A DNA stretch of 64,000 nucleotides from contig OX597817.1 in assembly GCA_951406725.2 (NCBI GenBank), positions 47,368,001 through 47,432,000 of the forward strand, written 5' to 3'. This document shows, in pieces, positions 37,935 through 52,023 of this stretch (position 1 is the first letter of the stretch; every line of letters starts with the position of its first letter). A model generated the notes under the pieces. That model was not told where the DNA came from. It did not search any database and saw only the letters and a list, made by a program, of their open reading frames with translations. This DNA is from Octopus vulgaris (taxonomy: Eukaryota). The translations under genes were made by a program, and so were the position numbers.

Positions 37935-40900
37935 CATGTGCACAGATCAAATCTCTGTAAATATACACCTAATATATATTCTAAAAGTAGAAAGGAGGTA
38001 AAAAAGCAAATAGCAAGAAAGGGGGGTTTTTTTAATATAAAGATTAAATTGAATTTCAAAATAAATTCCAACTCAAATTAAATCACCAGCCAGGAGTAGC
38101 AGCAGTAGCAGCAGCAACTTATCATTTCAAACTGATTTTTATAAATAAATCAGACTATAGCCCTTAATAATAATTCTAGGAAGGCTGTCAGTCTGGTTTC
38201 TGTTCAGAGAAGCATAAATTTTTCAGCCAGACATACTTACACATAAGCATATATTTTATTTGTTTCAGTCATTGCACTGTGGCCATGCTGGGGCACTGCC
38301 TTAAAGAACTTTTAGTCAAATGGATCAACAATGGTACTTGTTTTTACTTTTTTAAGTGTGCTAAAATTTTATCAGTATCTTTTTGTTGAACCGCTAAGTT
38401 ACAGGGGCGTAAACACACCACCACACTGGTTGTCAAACAGTTGTGGGAGACAAAGACAGACACAAAGATACACACACACATATACACCCATATATAAGAT
38501 GGGCTTCTTTCTGTTTCCATCTAGCTAATCCACTCACAAGGCTTTGGTAAAACCTGAGACTATAGTAGAAGACACTTGCCCAGGGTGTCACACAGTGGGT
38601 CTGAACGCTGAACCATGTGGTTGGGAAGCAAGAGTCTTACGACAGATCCACGCCTGCACTTAAGTACAAACAAGTGCACAGTTTTTCTTCTCTATCCCAA
38701 ATCACTATATCAGGTCTGTTGTGCTTACATTTTATTGAGGTCTTCATTGGGACATTCTACCAGTATTCCTTTTCATTATGAGTAGCTATGGCTTCTACCA
38801 TACAGTATGTATGTATATATGTAGTGAAGGCGTGTGACTTAGTGGTTAGGGGCATTCAGCCCATGATCGTAAGGTCATGCGTTCAATTCCCAGTGGCACG
38901 CTGTGTCCTTGAGCAAGACACTTTATTTCATGTTGCTCCAATCCACTCAGCTGGCAAAAAGAGTAGTACCTGTATTTCAAAGGGCCAGCCTTGTCACACA
39001 CTGTGTCGTGCTCAAACTACCTGGGAACTATGTTAAGGGTACACGTGTTTGCTGAGTGCTCAGCCACTTGTATGTTAATTTCATGATCAGGCTGTTCTGT
39101 TGATCATATCAGCTGGGACCCTCATCGTCACAACCAACGGAGTGCTCCTATGTATGCATGTATGTATGTATGTATGTATGCATGTAAGAATCCCAGCGAC
39201 CTTTTAGTAGGCACAGTTTGTGATAGGCCATGCCTTTCTTTTGCTGGGCTCAAATCTCGTTTGTGTGCATGAGTGTGTGAAGGCATGTATCTTAGTGGCT
39301 TGGGTAATCAGCTAATGAACATAAGGTCATGAGTATGACATCTGGTGGTGTGTGAGTATGTCGATATCATCATCATCATTTAATGTCTGCTTTCCATGCT
39401 AGCACGGGTTGGACGATTTGACTGAGGACTGGGAAACCAGATGGCTGCACCAGGCTCCAATATGATCTGGCAGAGTTTCTACAGCTGGTTGCCCTTCCTA
39501 ACACCAACCGCTCCGAGAGTGTAGTGGGTGCTTTTACGTGCCACAGGCATAAGGGCCAGTCAGGTGGTACTGGCAACGACCACACTCAAATGGTGTTTTT
39601 TACATGCCACCTGCATGGGAGCCAGTCCAGTGCCACTTCGCTCAAATGTCTTTCATGTGCCACCAATACAAGTGCCAGTAAGGCGATGCTAGTAACAATC
39701 ACACTTGAATGGTGCTTTTTATGTGCCACTGGCATGGAAGCCAGTCAGCTGCTCTGGTAGCGATCACACTTGGATGGAGCTCTTAGCGCTCCACTGGCAC
39801 AGGTGCCAGTCATTGAACTTGCGAATTTGATTTGATTTCGATTTATATATACATATATACACAGTCACCCACACACATTTACAGATATGTGCGCACACAG
39901 ACACACACACATACACATAGGTGTACGTCTGTGTTTATTTGTATATGTATATGCATATGAGTGTGGAGGAGCGTGGCTTAGTGGTTAGGGTGTCAGCATC
40001 ATGATCGTAAGATTGTGGTTTCGATTCCTGGACCGGGCAACGTGTTGTGTTCTTGAGCAAAACACTTCATTTCCCATTACTCCAGTCCACTCAGCTGGCA
40101 AAAATGAGTAACGCTGCAATGGACTGGCGTCCCGTCCAGCTGGGGAACACATATGCCGGGAAAACAGGGAAACCGAGCCCATGAGCCTGACTAGGCTTGA
40201 AAAGGATGCATTTATTTATTTATCAAATCAAATCAAAACAAATCAAAATAGATGAACATCAATGGAATTTGTATCTTTGTGGTACCAGTGCCGGTGGCAC
40301 ACAAGAAAACCATCCGAACGTGGCCGTAGCCAGTACCGCATCGACTGGCCTCCGTGCTGTGGGCACGTAACAAACACCATCCGATCATGGCCGTTCGCCA
40401 GCCTCATCTGGCACCTGTGTCGGTGGCACATAAAAACACCATCCGAGCGTGGCCGTTCGCCAGCCTCGTCTGGCACCTGTGTCAGTGGCACATAAAATCA
40501 CCCACTACACTCTCGGAGTGGTTGGTGTTAGGAAGGGCATCCAGCTGTAGAAACACTGCCAGATCTGACTGGCCTGGTGCAGCCTTCAGGCTCCCCAGAC
40601 CCCAGTTGCTAGCATGGAAAGCGGACGTTAAATGATGATGATGATGATGATGATTTCTGCATATGAGCAGAGGGATACATTTGTGTGTTTTTGTCTTGTC
40701 ATCATAGTTGATAGTTGAAAGCAAGTGTCATTGTCTTTCATGTTAGAGAAACATATCTGGTCATGGAGCACAAAATATCATCTTGCTGGGAAACGAATGA
40801 GTGTTGCATCAAAAAGATTCCATCCTATTCATGAAAGCATGGAAAAGAGAACACAATGATGATAATGATGATGATAACACAATTAGTCACTCAGACCAAT

Positions 40901-41788
40901 CCGGATTCTCACCACCACCATCACCATCACCATTCTTTTGAGTTAGTTCTCCATCACTGCAAATGATAAACCTCTATCATTCCAGATCTTAGATGATCCA
41001 TCACACGGTTCGGAGTTTGGAAAGTCTCAAAAAATTGCCAGCACTACATTGGCATTGGATGCCATTCTCTATCACATGACCGAACCATTTCAGTCTCCTA
41101 CTACTCCTCCTCCTCCTCCACCCCTCCTGATTACACACTTTAATCTATTATTGATTTATTAAATTATTAATCGATTTTATTTATTTGTTTCCTGTATATT
41201 TCAAATTATGTTTGTTTGTATTTTATATCTTTACACTTTTATACCTTTCTCTTAAAGTAACATCAAAGTAGTGTCTTTTTGAAAGGAATTTTTATAGTTT
41301 TCTGCAAATTAAAATATTTATGAATTCTGCGAAAAACCTACACATGAAATTTTTCTTTTTCAGATTCCAAACTCTAATGGTTTTTTGTTGAATAATTATT
41401 CTGTTATTCTAGTATTCTCTTGCTTGTTTCAGTCATTGGACTGCAGCCATACTGGTATACACCCTTGAAGGCTTTTAGTCAGCCAACTTGACCCAAGCAC
41501 TTATTTTAAGTCTCATTATATCACTCTCTGTTAGCTAAACTGCTAAGTTACAAGGACACACAAATGAACACTGATTGTCAAGCAGTGAGAAACAAATACA
41601 GTAATACACAAACATAATAAGACATACATACATACATACATAGCTACATACATACATACATACATACAAACAAACAAAAATACACTGTTGCTGATACTGA
41701 AATTCCAACGAAGGTGTCTTGGATATAGGTTAGAAACCAGATCTTTCTCTATTGGTAAGAAATCTTGAAATAAAACTGAACAATCACA

Positions 41789-42155
41789 TCTCTCTCTATA
41801 TAAACAGCAAAATGTCTGTCTGCATGCGTATCCTTTATACAAATCCACAATTTTTCAGTTAGAGGGCTCGCACTTTCTATGGTCATTCAAAACCGTCCAA
41901 GGCTGGTCGTGCACATCTTTACATTTCCCCAGTCACCCAACAAAGCCATTAAAAAAAATCAACCGAAGTGACTTTTTTGTGAATTTTCTATCCAAAACCC
42001 AAAGTGCCCGAAACTTGATACGCCAATTGAATGCCAGCTAGCTGTATGTGATTGGTCGGAGATTTTGGACAGTACTTGCTTGTATGTGCGCATGCACACA
42101 GCTGTATATGCATGCAGTAGCACTATGACCCAGCGTTGCCGAGTCATAGTGCTAG
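41789..42155 (+). mobile_element. Short non-autonomous Helitron
   Basis: A|TC start, tctatataaa...tgtctgtctg head, 3' hairpin tagcactatgac/gtcatagtgcta, CTAG|T end. Confidence 0.8.
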
Positions 42156-42249
42156 TACATACATAAAAAAGACCATGCATGGGTATGTTTCTTGTAGACT
42201 TGAAGAAGATAGTAACATTGACATGAAGCAATGCCTTTTTTTTAACTCG

Positions 42250-42450
42250 TGACCACTACATCAGACTTCAAAGGCTATGCATTTGCAATCCAAGAACAGG
42301 GGATTTTGACCAAACACCTAATCAACAACAGAGACACAGAAGCCCTTGAAGTTCCAAGATGCAACTTTAATTGTAGATTATGTCACATTTCTGAGGAAGA
42401 CATCATACATGGGATTAGCAGCTGCGCAAAAATGTCATCAAGGTATTGCT
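42250..42450 (+). pseudogene. R4/Dong-like non-LTR retrotransposon fragment (CCHC knuckle)
   Basis: GYAFAIQEQGILTK...CRLCHISEEDIIHGISSC. Confidence 0.7.
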
Positions 42451-42529
42451 TCCTACAATCTCACTTGGTCTGTCGGGTCTTCTCAAGCACAGTATATCTC
42501 TAAAGGTCTCGGTCACTTGTCATTGCCTC

Positions 42530-42830
42530 AGTGAGGTCCAGTGTTCGAAGGTCGAGCTTCCCTAAGACATCCAATGTCTTTCTAGGTCTACCTTTTCCAC
42601 AGATTCCTTCCATTATTAGAGCCCAACACTTCACACAGCTGTCCTCATCCATATGTAACACATGACCATATCAGCACAGTCATCTCTCTTGCACACCACA
42701 TCTGATGCTTCCAATGTCCAACTTTTCTCTCAGGGCACTTACACTCTGTCATTCATGCACACAGACATTACACATCCAGCAGAGCATACTAGCTTCATTT
42801 CTTGCAAGCTTACGCATGCACTCAATAGTT
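42530..42830 (-). pseudogene. Decayed RTE-like RT 3' fragment
   Basis: Minus strand reads ...YGHVLHMDEDSCVK...GKGRPRKT... Confidence 0.6.
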
Positions 42831-43194
42831 ATAGTTACTTGACCACTTCAAAAATTATACTGAGGTGTTAGAAGTCCCCCTTGCCACCTGTTACCTCCAT
42901 TGGTCCACTCTCTAGACTCATTCTTATCTTTCAAGCATTCAAAATGGCAAGACCCCTTTGTCACAGGAATTGATAACTTCACAATGTCCCTTGAAAAGCT
43001 AATTTAAATAGCGAAAACCAGTCGGATATGACTACATCCATAAAATACGTATGTACTTTTAAAAATTTCTTTATAAAAAGATATTAAATTATGTGAAAGA
43101 AAGGCATTTCTCTTCCACTTTTTATATATGTTTCCCACATATTTTCAACTATGCATACATATATATATATATATATATTAAACATATATATATC

Positions 43195-43410
43195 TTACGG
43201 AGATATACTTGCATAGCAAGTGACCTGATCTGAGATCGTGTGCTGGAACAAAAACAATTGCAGCATGGAAGGTGTTTATAAGCCATTTAAGAAACACACA
43301 AAATCCGTTAGATTCACTTCAACATTTAAATTTAAATTTAAATTAAATTTAAATGTTGAAAGGTTCTTGTGTGTTTCTTAAATGGCTTTTAAACACCTTC
43401 CACGCTGCAA

Positions 43411-43412
<2 letters not shown>
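43195..43412. repeat. (TA)n-flanked foldback of a repeat also present at 27372-27523
   Basis: ttgcagcatggaaggtgtttataagccatttaagaaacacaca occurs with its inverted copy. Confidence 0.75.
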
Positions 43413-43440
<28 letters not shown>

Positions 43441-43444
<4 letters not shown>

Positions 43445-44090
43445 CAATATGGAGCAAATAATTCATGAGAAAAATAATTCACATAAAAATAATTTGTAAA
43501 GATACCACTGACTGTGTTATTATTTAGTATAACAATTTAAAAATAATAACAGAATCAATAATATAGGCGATTGCATACTTAGTATGTCTTTGATTAATTT
43601 TAATCCTTCAGCTATTTAATGCTTTGGGGGGGGGGGCTGCAATCACCTATATTTTTAATTCTGTTATTATCATTTTTAAATTGTTACACTAGATAATAAC
43701 AGAGTCAGTGATATCTTTACAAATTATTTTTTCATCAATTATTTTTCTCATTAATTATTTTACTCCGTATTGAAATTATTTTCACACTGGTGGCTGCGAT
43801 GATTTCAGCACAAAAAAAATATCAGTTGCAGCAGCACAGACTTTGACACAATGGGTGGGGGGCTTTCTGTCATGGTAACGCATACTGAGCGAAGTTAGGC
43901 TATTATACCAGTCCAGAAACAAGTCCATGTGAGTCCAAATACTTGAATATATGCTGAGAGATTCTCTTAGCTCGTTTGCTTTCAGACAGTTGATCTCTGT
44001 AGTTATTATCAGTGCATTTTGGTGATTTACATAAGAGTTTTGACTGCTATTTCCAGCAGGTAGACATTCTTAGTATCACCTTTGATTAAT

Positions 44091-44098
<8 letters not shown>
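43441..44098 (+). mobile_element. Penelope-like non-autonomous element: foldback, hammerhead-like relic and short direct repeat
   Basis: Arms 43441-43575 / 43638-43776; loop segment repeated at ~44069-44094; CATA-CTGAGCGA...GAAAC-AA-GTC-CATG at 43880-43930; (TA)n on both sides. Confidence 0.6.
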
Positions 44099-44186
<88 letters not shown>

Positions 44187-45892
44187 ATAGTTGTGATACC
44201 CATGTCGGTGGCACGTTGGGCTTCACAGAGGAAATGGCGAAAGACCAAGACCTCTGAGATATGCTGTAGCTGCGAAGACCTGACAAATGAACTAAGTTCA
44301 TGGCTCGCAGGATGGGCTGCTGTGCTAACGTTAGATCGTAGAGTGACCTGCTGTGCTTGAGGAAACTTAGTGAGTCAAGTACATCAACATCAAAATAAAA
44401 ATCAAATGGAAATTGTAGTTATGATACCCGTGCCAGTGGCACGTAAAAAGCACCATCCGAACATGGTTGATGCCAGCGCTGCCTTGACTGGCATCCGTGT
44501 CGGTGACACATAAAAAGCACCAACCAATCGTGGCCGTTTGCCAGCCACATCTGGCCACAGTGCCGGTGGCATGTAAAAAGCACCTACTAATCTCACAGAG
44601 AGGTTGGCGTTAGGAAGGGCATCCAGCTGTAGAAACACTGCCAGATCAGACTGGAGCCTAGTGCAGCCTCCTGGCTTCCCAGGCCCCAGTCGAACCGTCC
44701 AACCCATACTAGCATGGAAAACGGACATTAAACAATGATGATGATGATGATGTGTTTGTATGTGTTTATGTCTGTCTGTGTTTGTGCATGTTCACCAGCA
44801 CAGTGCGACAAGCAGTGTTGGTGTGTTTACATCCTTTTAATTTAGCAGTTCAGCAAAAGAAACCAATAGAAAGAGTTCCAGGGTTTTAAAAAAAATATAA
44901 GAACTGGGTTTGATTCCTTTCACTAAAAATTCTTCAAGGTGGTGCCCCAGTATGGCCGCAGTCTAGTGACTGCAACAAGTAAAAGAATAAAAGAGTAAAA
45001 GAAAAAAGATGATGATGGTGATGAAGATGGTTACAATAAAATTTTTTGAAAACAATTCCTACAGCTATTTGAACTTTGTATCCCAAAGCTCAGCAAGCAC
45101 TTTACCAATTAGGCCTTTGTGTTATCTTCCGTTTGAGGACGATGGCAAGTCAATGATGAGGATGAAGATGATGGCGATGATAAAAACTAACATTGATGGT
45201 GGAGATTATAATATTGAGGATGACAATACAGAGGACAATAATAAAAAAAAAATGTTATCAAAATTTAAGATTGATGATGATCATCATGGTAGTGATAACG
45301 AGAACACTGATGAGGAAGGTGACAATGATGATGACGACTGATGGTTGATGATGTCAATAAGAATGATGATGATGATGACAATGACTGATGATGATGATGA
45401 CAAGAACAATTTCAACAATAGTGATGATGACAATGGTGATGATGACGAGAGTAAATGTGAAAAAAGAAAGATTCCCCTGTGAAGGATTTGAACTCCGTAC
45501 CCTGAGGCCCCTTGTTTTTACCAATTATACTCCTGCTTTATCTTATCTCGATGACAATGACGACACCAACAATGACGAGGGTGATGACGAGGGTAAATCT
45601 GATGATGATGATGATGATGACAACAAAAATATAAAACAAGAAATAAAAAGAAAATGGAAAGTGATTATCTATGGAGGAGGAGACAGATGGTGAAAATAAA
45701 TGATAGCTTCAGGTGGATTTTGTCTAAAAAAAATAAAAAATAAAATAATAATAATAATGATAAGAATTGATTGGCAGAGAATTGATCTCCATTGGGGGAG
45801 GAGTTGGGGAAGCATGTATGCATCAGTAAAATGAAAATTGCTCAGGACTGTGTTGGACAAATGCCAGAAGTTGTGAAACCTACCTCTCTCTT

Positions 45893-45946
45893 TATGTGTG
45901 TGTGTGTGTGTTATATGCACACACACACACACACACACACGTGTTG

Positions 45947-45991
<45 letters not shown>

Positions 45992-46155
45992 TATATCTAT
46001 ATACACACGCACACATATACATATGCATGTATATATACATACATATACATACATGTATATATATATACATATATATATAAAAACATATACATATATATAT
46101 ATATATATACACACATACATACATGTATATATATATACATATATATATACATACA

Positions 46156-46195
<40 letters not shown>

Positions 46196-46295
46196 CACAA
46201 ATACATACATGTGTATATATACATATATATATAAAAACATACATATATATATATATACATACATACATGTATATATATATACATATATACATACA

Positions 46296-46329
<34 letters not shown>

Positions 46330-46345
46330 CAAATACATACATGTG

Positions 46346-46399
<54 letters not shown>

Positions 46400-46430
46400 C
46401 ACATAACTATAGATATTTACACACACACAT
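45893..46430. repeat. Compound TA/CA microsatellite
   Basis: Direct reading; source of spurious ORFs. Confidence 0.95.
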
Positions 46431-47708
46431 CTATGAATCTCTTTCTCTTTTTCCCACTGTCACTTTTGCTTGGAGCCTGAAGGAGAAGAAATATCACAGA
46501 ATCAACATCCTTTTCAATAGATACTCATTAGTAAGTGATGGGCAGGTAGGCAGGCAGGTAACTATGATTACCAATATTCTAGTACCCTGGTTTCCTCCAA
46601 AAATTTTATTAAGAGCAACACGTACAGAGAGAGTTTCCATTAAAAATTCTTAGAAATCCATTCTGCATTTTGACTCTTTTTTTCCGTTTTCTTCTTTTCT
46701 GTTTTTGCATGGCAGCATAATATTGAAATTTTCTGATTATTTTGCCATTTTTTCCCCTTTTCAAAAAAAAATTAAATCTCTCTTTTTATTTTTCTCAGCA
46801 TGTTTTTTTTTCGGTTTGTTTTTGTATTTTTTTGTTTTCAGTGGGAGGAATAATTTTAAAATGGTATAGTCATATAACACGAATGGACAAACAGATAGAA
46901 AAGTGTCAAGAACTATATGGAGAGTATTGAAGACATTATGGTCTATTGCACAGCAGTTATACACACGCGTGCACACACACACACACATACAATCACCACC
47001 ACTACCACTATGGTCATTATCATTTCAGCATCCACTGTTCCATGCTTGGTCAGAGGAGTTTACTGAAGCAGATTTTCCATGGCTGGATTCGCATCCCATC
47101 GACAACCCTCACCTGTTTCCGAGCAAAGTAATATTTCTCCATGGCTAGACATGTTTCCACAGAATACTGGAAATGAAGGACACTGCTTGTACAACAGTGA
47201 CACTGTCATGTGATGTCAAGACAAAGGGACACAAACATACACTCACTCACACACACATGTATTTATATGAGTGTGTGTGTGTGGCGTGTGTATGTTCTTT
47301 TACTCTTTCACATGTTTTCAGTCATTTGACAGTGGCCGTGCTGGAGCACTGCCTTAAAGGGTGTTAGTCGAAGAAATTGATCCCAGGATTTAATTTATCA
47401 GTCTCTTTTGCTGAACCACCAAATTATGGGGATGTAAACACACCAGCATCAGTTGTCAAGTGATAGCAGGGGGAGGAGCAAACACAACCACACACACAAA
47501 CATATACTTATATATACAATGGGCCTCTTCCAGTTTCCATCTACCAAATCCACTCACAAGCCTTTGGTTGGCCCAAGGCTATAGTAGAAGACGCTTGCCC
47601 AAGGTGTCATGCAGTGGGATTGAACCCTGAACCATGTGGTTGGGAAGCAAGCTTCTTACCACACAGCCATGCCTGCACCTATAGTAAGTGCCTTACCACA
47701 CAGCCACA

Positions 47709-47745
<37 letters not shown>

Positions 47746-48360
47746 TAATTAACAGCAACAAAGGTAGTATTTATACCAAAAGGTAATCTTGATCTCCAAC
47801 TTAATGGGGAAACAGTTTTAGAACAGAGAATACTGGGTTATTTATCTTGAAAGGACCCCTCATAAGGACTTTTGGAGTAAAGATGCACTTGAAATAATAC
47901 ACATTGTGTTTCTTTCAGTTTCCATTTACTAAATCCTCTCACAAGGCTTTGGTCAGCCTGCAGCTGTAGTAGAAGACATTTACCCAAGATACCACTCAGT
48001 TGAACTGAACCCAAAACCACATGGTTGGGAACCAAACATCTTAACCACCCAGCCATGCCTGCACATATGGGAAATAAAAATTAAGCCCCAGGCTTAAGCT
48101 GACATTTTACAAAATGAACCTCCATTTGGATATAAGTGAACAGTACAAATTCAGCTGCATTCTCTGCATACGTAGTATAACTTGAGTGTATCATTGTCAT
48201 CTAATGAAACAAGCAACTAGTTATAAAAATAATGAGATTTCTTAAGAAGTTTCTCAGATTTCAGACTTTACTCTTAAACATAAGTTAACTATAACATCTC
48301 TTCATCTTATTTATATTATTTACATTTGACACATATTTGTCCTCATCTAGTTTGTTGTCA

Positions 48361-48404
48361 ACACAACTTTTCAGCTGATATACCCTCCAGCCTCCATCAG
48401 GTGT
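48361..48404 (-). ncRNA. Type I hammerhead motif with point lesions
   Basis: ACAC-CTGATGG-A-GGCTG-(10 nt)-CAGCT-GAAAA-GTT-GTGT. Confidence 0.65.
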
Positions 48405-48544
48405 CTTGGGGAAATTCCAAACCTGGGTTCTCACTCCTAAGGTATTTTTCAATGTTTATTATTATTATTATTATTATTCAAGTCACTGCCCGGACTCGAA
48501 CTTGGAATCTCGGGGTTAGTAGCCCGCGCTCTTAACCACTACGC

Positions 48545-48760
48545 CATATAGAACTGTATCTTTTCATCTTACCTATTATATTTGAAATGAGATAGTCTGA
48601 GAACAGAGCAGAGTGAATGATGTGATCAAAGGGTACCAAAAGCACAAGTTCTGTGGGATTGGATATGTCATAAGGTTCACAAACAACAGGTGGACCCATA
48701 CAGTTGCTGAGTCCAGGCATGGGCCGTCAGTAATTACCCAGGGTAGGCAGTTAGTGACAT
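48545..48760 (+). pseudogene. RTE-1-like LINE 3' fragment
   Basis: EQSRVNDVIK...KFCGIGYVIRFTNNRWTHTVAE. Confidence 0.6.
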
Positions 48761-49144
48761 TTACGTAGTAAAACACACAAAAAAATAAGTGAAACACAGG
48801 CACACGTCTCAGTTGAAGGCAGATCTATTTCTGCCTTTATAGCACATGAAGAAAACAGTGTTGTAGGAGTGTATGCAGCTTGTGTACTACAGCAGTACTA
48901 TACATAGCTTAAATATTGAGATTGAAAAGCAGGGGTGAATTATGCCTACCTAATCTACAAAAAAAAATGAAATATTTTTCATTAGTGGCTGTGTGATAAG
49001 TAGCTTGCTTACAAACCACATGGTTCTGGGTCCAGTCCCACTGTGTGGCACCTTGGGAGAGTGTCATCTACTATAGCCTCGGGCCGACCAAAGACTTGTG
49101 AGTGGATTTGGTAGACGGAAACTGAAAGATGCCTGTCGTATGTA

Positions 49145-49189
<45 letters not shown>

Positions 49190-50221
49190 GTGTGCATGTG
49201 TTTGTGTTTGTACCCCCACCATCGCTTGACAACCAATGCTGGTGCATTTATGACCCCATAATTTAGTGGTTCGGCAAAAGAGGCCGATAGAATAAGTACT
49301 AGGCTTACAAAGAATAAGTCCTGGGGTCGATTTGCTCATCTAAAGGCAGTGCTCCAGCATGGCCACAGTCAAATGACTGAAACAAGGAAAAGAAAAAAGA
49401 ATAACTATGCATAGTAATCAGAGTAACCTTCATAATTTTACTGAATTAGGTGCTTATTTTGCCATAAAAGGAAAATGCTGCTATCAATCTATTTTACCAT
49501 GCTTACTCATGCTAATACATCATAAAAAAACAGCTGGTGCTGGTCCCATATAAAAATCACCAGTGATGGTCCCACATAAAAAGCACTCATGCCAGTACAT
49601 CATAAAAATAAAACTGGTGCTGGTGCCATGTAAAAAGAACCCCGTACATTCGTGTTAGGAAGGGATCCAACCATCAAAACCAACCCGAAACAGACTATGT
49701 AACCTGGTGCAAGCCATCCAACCCATGCCAGTATGAACAACAGTTTGAAATAATGATGATGATGATGATGATGATAATGATAATAATTATGATGAATGCT
49801 GCATCTGTGATATTGTTTACCATCGACGCTTGTTATCAGAGGAGCCATATAAACATTTCTATTAACACCCACAACAGACTGTGGACACCAACATTTGTTT
49901 TTCACACCTGAGCAATTGGCCAGCACCAAAAAAACTGACATTGTATCATCCAACCACCACTGAATCTTATTGGTGTCACCGTTTTCATCAATGCTGACAC
50001 CTGGTCTGTCATCACCGTCGTAAAAACAGAACAGCTCCAATTAACATTAATACAGAATGTCAATACCAATAATCGCTACTGAGTGATCACCATCATCATA
50101 AAAACTAAGCAAGCATTCTTACTGGCACCAATACCACAAACAACAACAATTCAACCAACACTAGTATTAATTGAGGGACCATTGTAGTCGTTGTCAATTC
50201 TACTAAACTACCATTAATGGT

Positions 50222-50790
50222 AGCACTACCACCACCACTACTACTACTGTTGTAACACTATCAACATGAATATCAGGACATTAGCACTACTACAACCACC
50301 ACTACCACTACACCAGAAACATTATCATCACTACCAGTCTGACCACCACTACCAAATACACTGCTACCTCTACCACCACCATCACTACCACCACCACTAC
50401 CACCTACTTCCTCCACCATCATCACTAACACTTACTGCCTCCACCATCACAACTACCAACTACACCACCACTACTGCTTCCACCACCATTACCACCACTG
50501 CCACCTCTACCACCACCATCACTACCACTAACACCTACACTACCACTACCGCTTCCACCATCATTACCACCACTACCACATCCACCAAAACCTCCACCAC
50601 CACTACCAGCACTATAACCTCTACCACTATCAGCAACATCATCATCTTTACCACCACCAACACTACTACAATGATAACGCTGTCACCACCACCAGCAGAG
50701 CATTACCATTACAACAACAACCACCACCACAAATACAACCAGCACCACCACTACCACCACCACCACCACAACCACCAGCAGCAGCAACAC
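50222..50790. repeat. Degenerate (CAC/CTA)n trinucleotide tract
   Basis: Direct reading; produces the Thr/His-rich ORF 50266-50817. Confidence 0.9.
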
Positions 50791-51269
50791 TGTCACTCCT
50801 GTTTTCATTATAGTTAATGTCCATTTTATCACAGTGTTTTGAGATAGACACTAGACCGGAGGGGGGGGGTGCAGGATGGGGGTTGTGTCTAGCAATATTT
50901 TGGCACCAGCCCAAGCTAAGTTGGTGCTGGCCGAAGGTAGGTCAGCACTAATCACATGAACAAATGTGTTAATAACATTTTGTGCAGTAGAGCATGCCTA
51001 ATTAAAACCTAGGTGTTATGGCTAGATTCCACACCCAGCTCGACACCGTTCAGATGCTAACCAACCAATCATTGTACGATGCACATGCATGGCCTGTAGG
51101 AGAGCTGTGTGTGTGTGGGTGTGTGCCTCTCTCTCATTCTCAATATGTGTCGAACCAAATATGCCGTCTCATTACTGGAACAGTTCAACTAAATTGGACT
51201 GAGGTGTAAATTGAGATTGAACCGGTCTCCTCTGTTCAAGAATCTGTGTGTTTATTCTCTAAGCTATAC

Positions 51270-51668
51270 TCTTTTACTTGTTTCAGTCATGTGACTGTGG
51301 CCTTGCTGGAGCACCGCCTTTAGTCAAACAAATCAATCCCAGGACTTATTCTTTGTAAGCCTAGTAATTATTCTCTTTTGCCGAACCGCTAAGCTACGGG
51401 GCCGTAAACACACCAGCATTGGTTGTCAAGTGATGTGGGGGGGGGGGAACAGTGGCACACAAGCATACACACACATATATATATATATATATATACACAT
51501 ATATACGACGGGCTTTTTTCAGTTTCCGTCTACCAAATGCACTCACAAGGCTTTGGTCAGCCTGAGACTATAGTAAAAGACACTTGCTCAAGGTGCCATG
51601 CAGTGGGACTGAACCTGGAACCATGTGGTTCGTAAGCAAGCTACTTACCACACAGCCACTCCTACGCC
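51270..51668 (-). mobile_element. Family B SINE
   Basis: Full-length copy. Confidence 0.85.
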
Positions 51669-52023
51669 TAACAAACTTTTCATGTAATTCACAGAGACAG
51701 ACATACACACACATAAACATGCACACACACAGAGAAAGACATACACACACATATCACACACTACATTAGTGATAACAGACTGAAGAAAAAGAACTCAATA
51801 CCTTAATACATAAGTGTTCATGCACATTTATACCATTGGTTCTCAACCATTTTTTATTTTTTTGCCTATGGACCCCTTTGGATCCTGTTGTACTCAGAGC
51901 ATGGCACCTTGTTATGATGTTCATATACACATCTGGCGCAAAATGGTATTACACAAAAAACAAGTTGGTTATGAACACAGAACACACTCCATACTACTAT
52001 TCGGACGTAGGTACGAAACTCAG

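Noticed and set aside
39964-40040. tRNA-like A/B boxes (also heads of SINE families A and B, and 45473-45530)
   Set aside because: No complete cloverleaf; most continue into SINE bodies.
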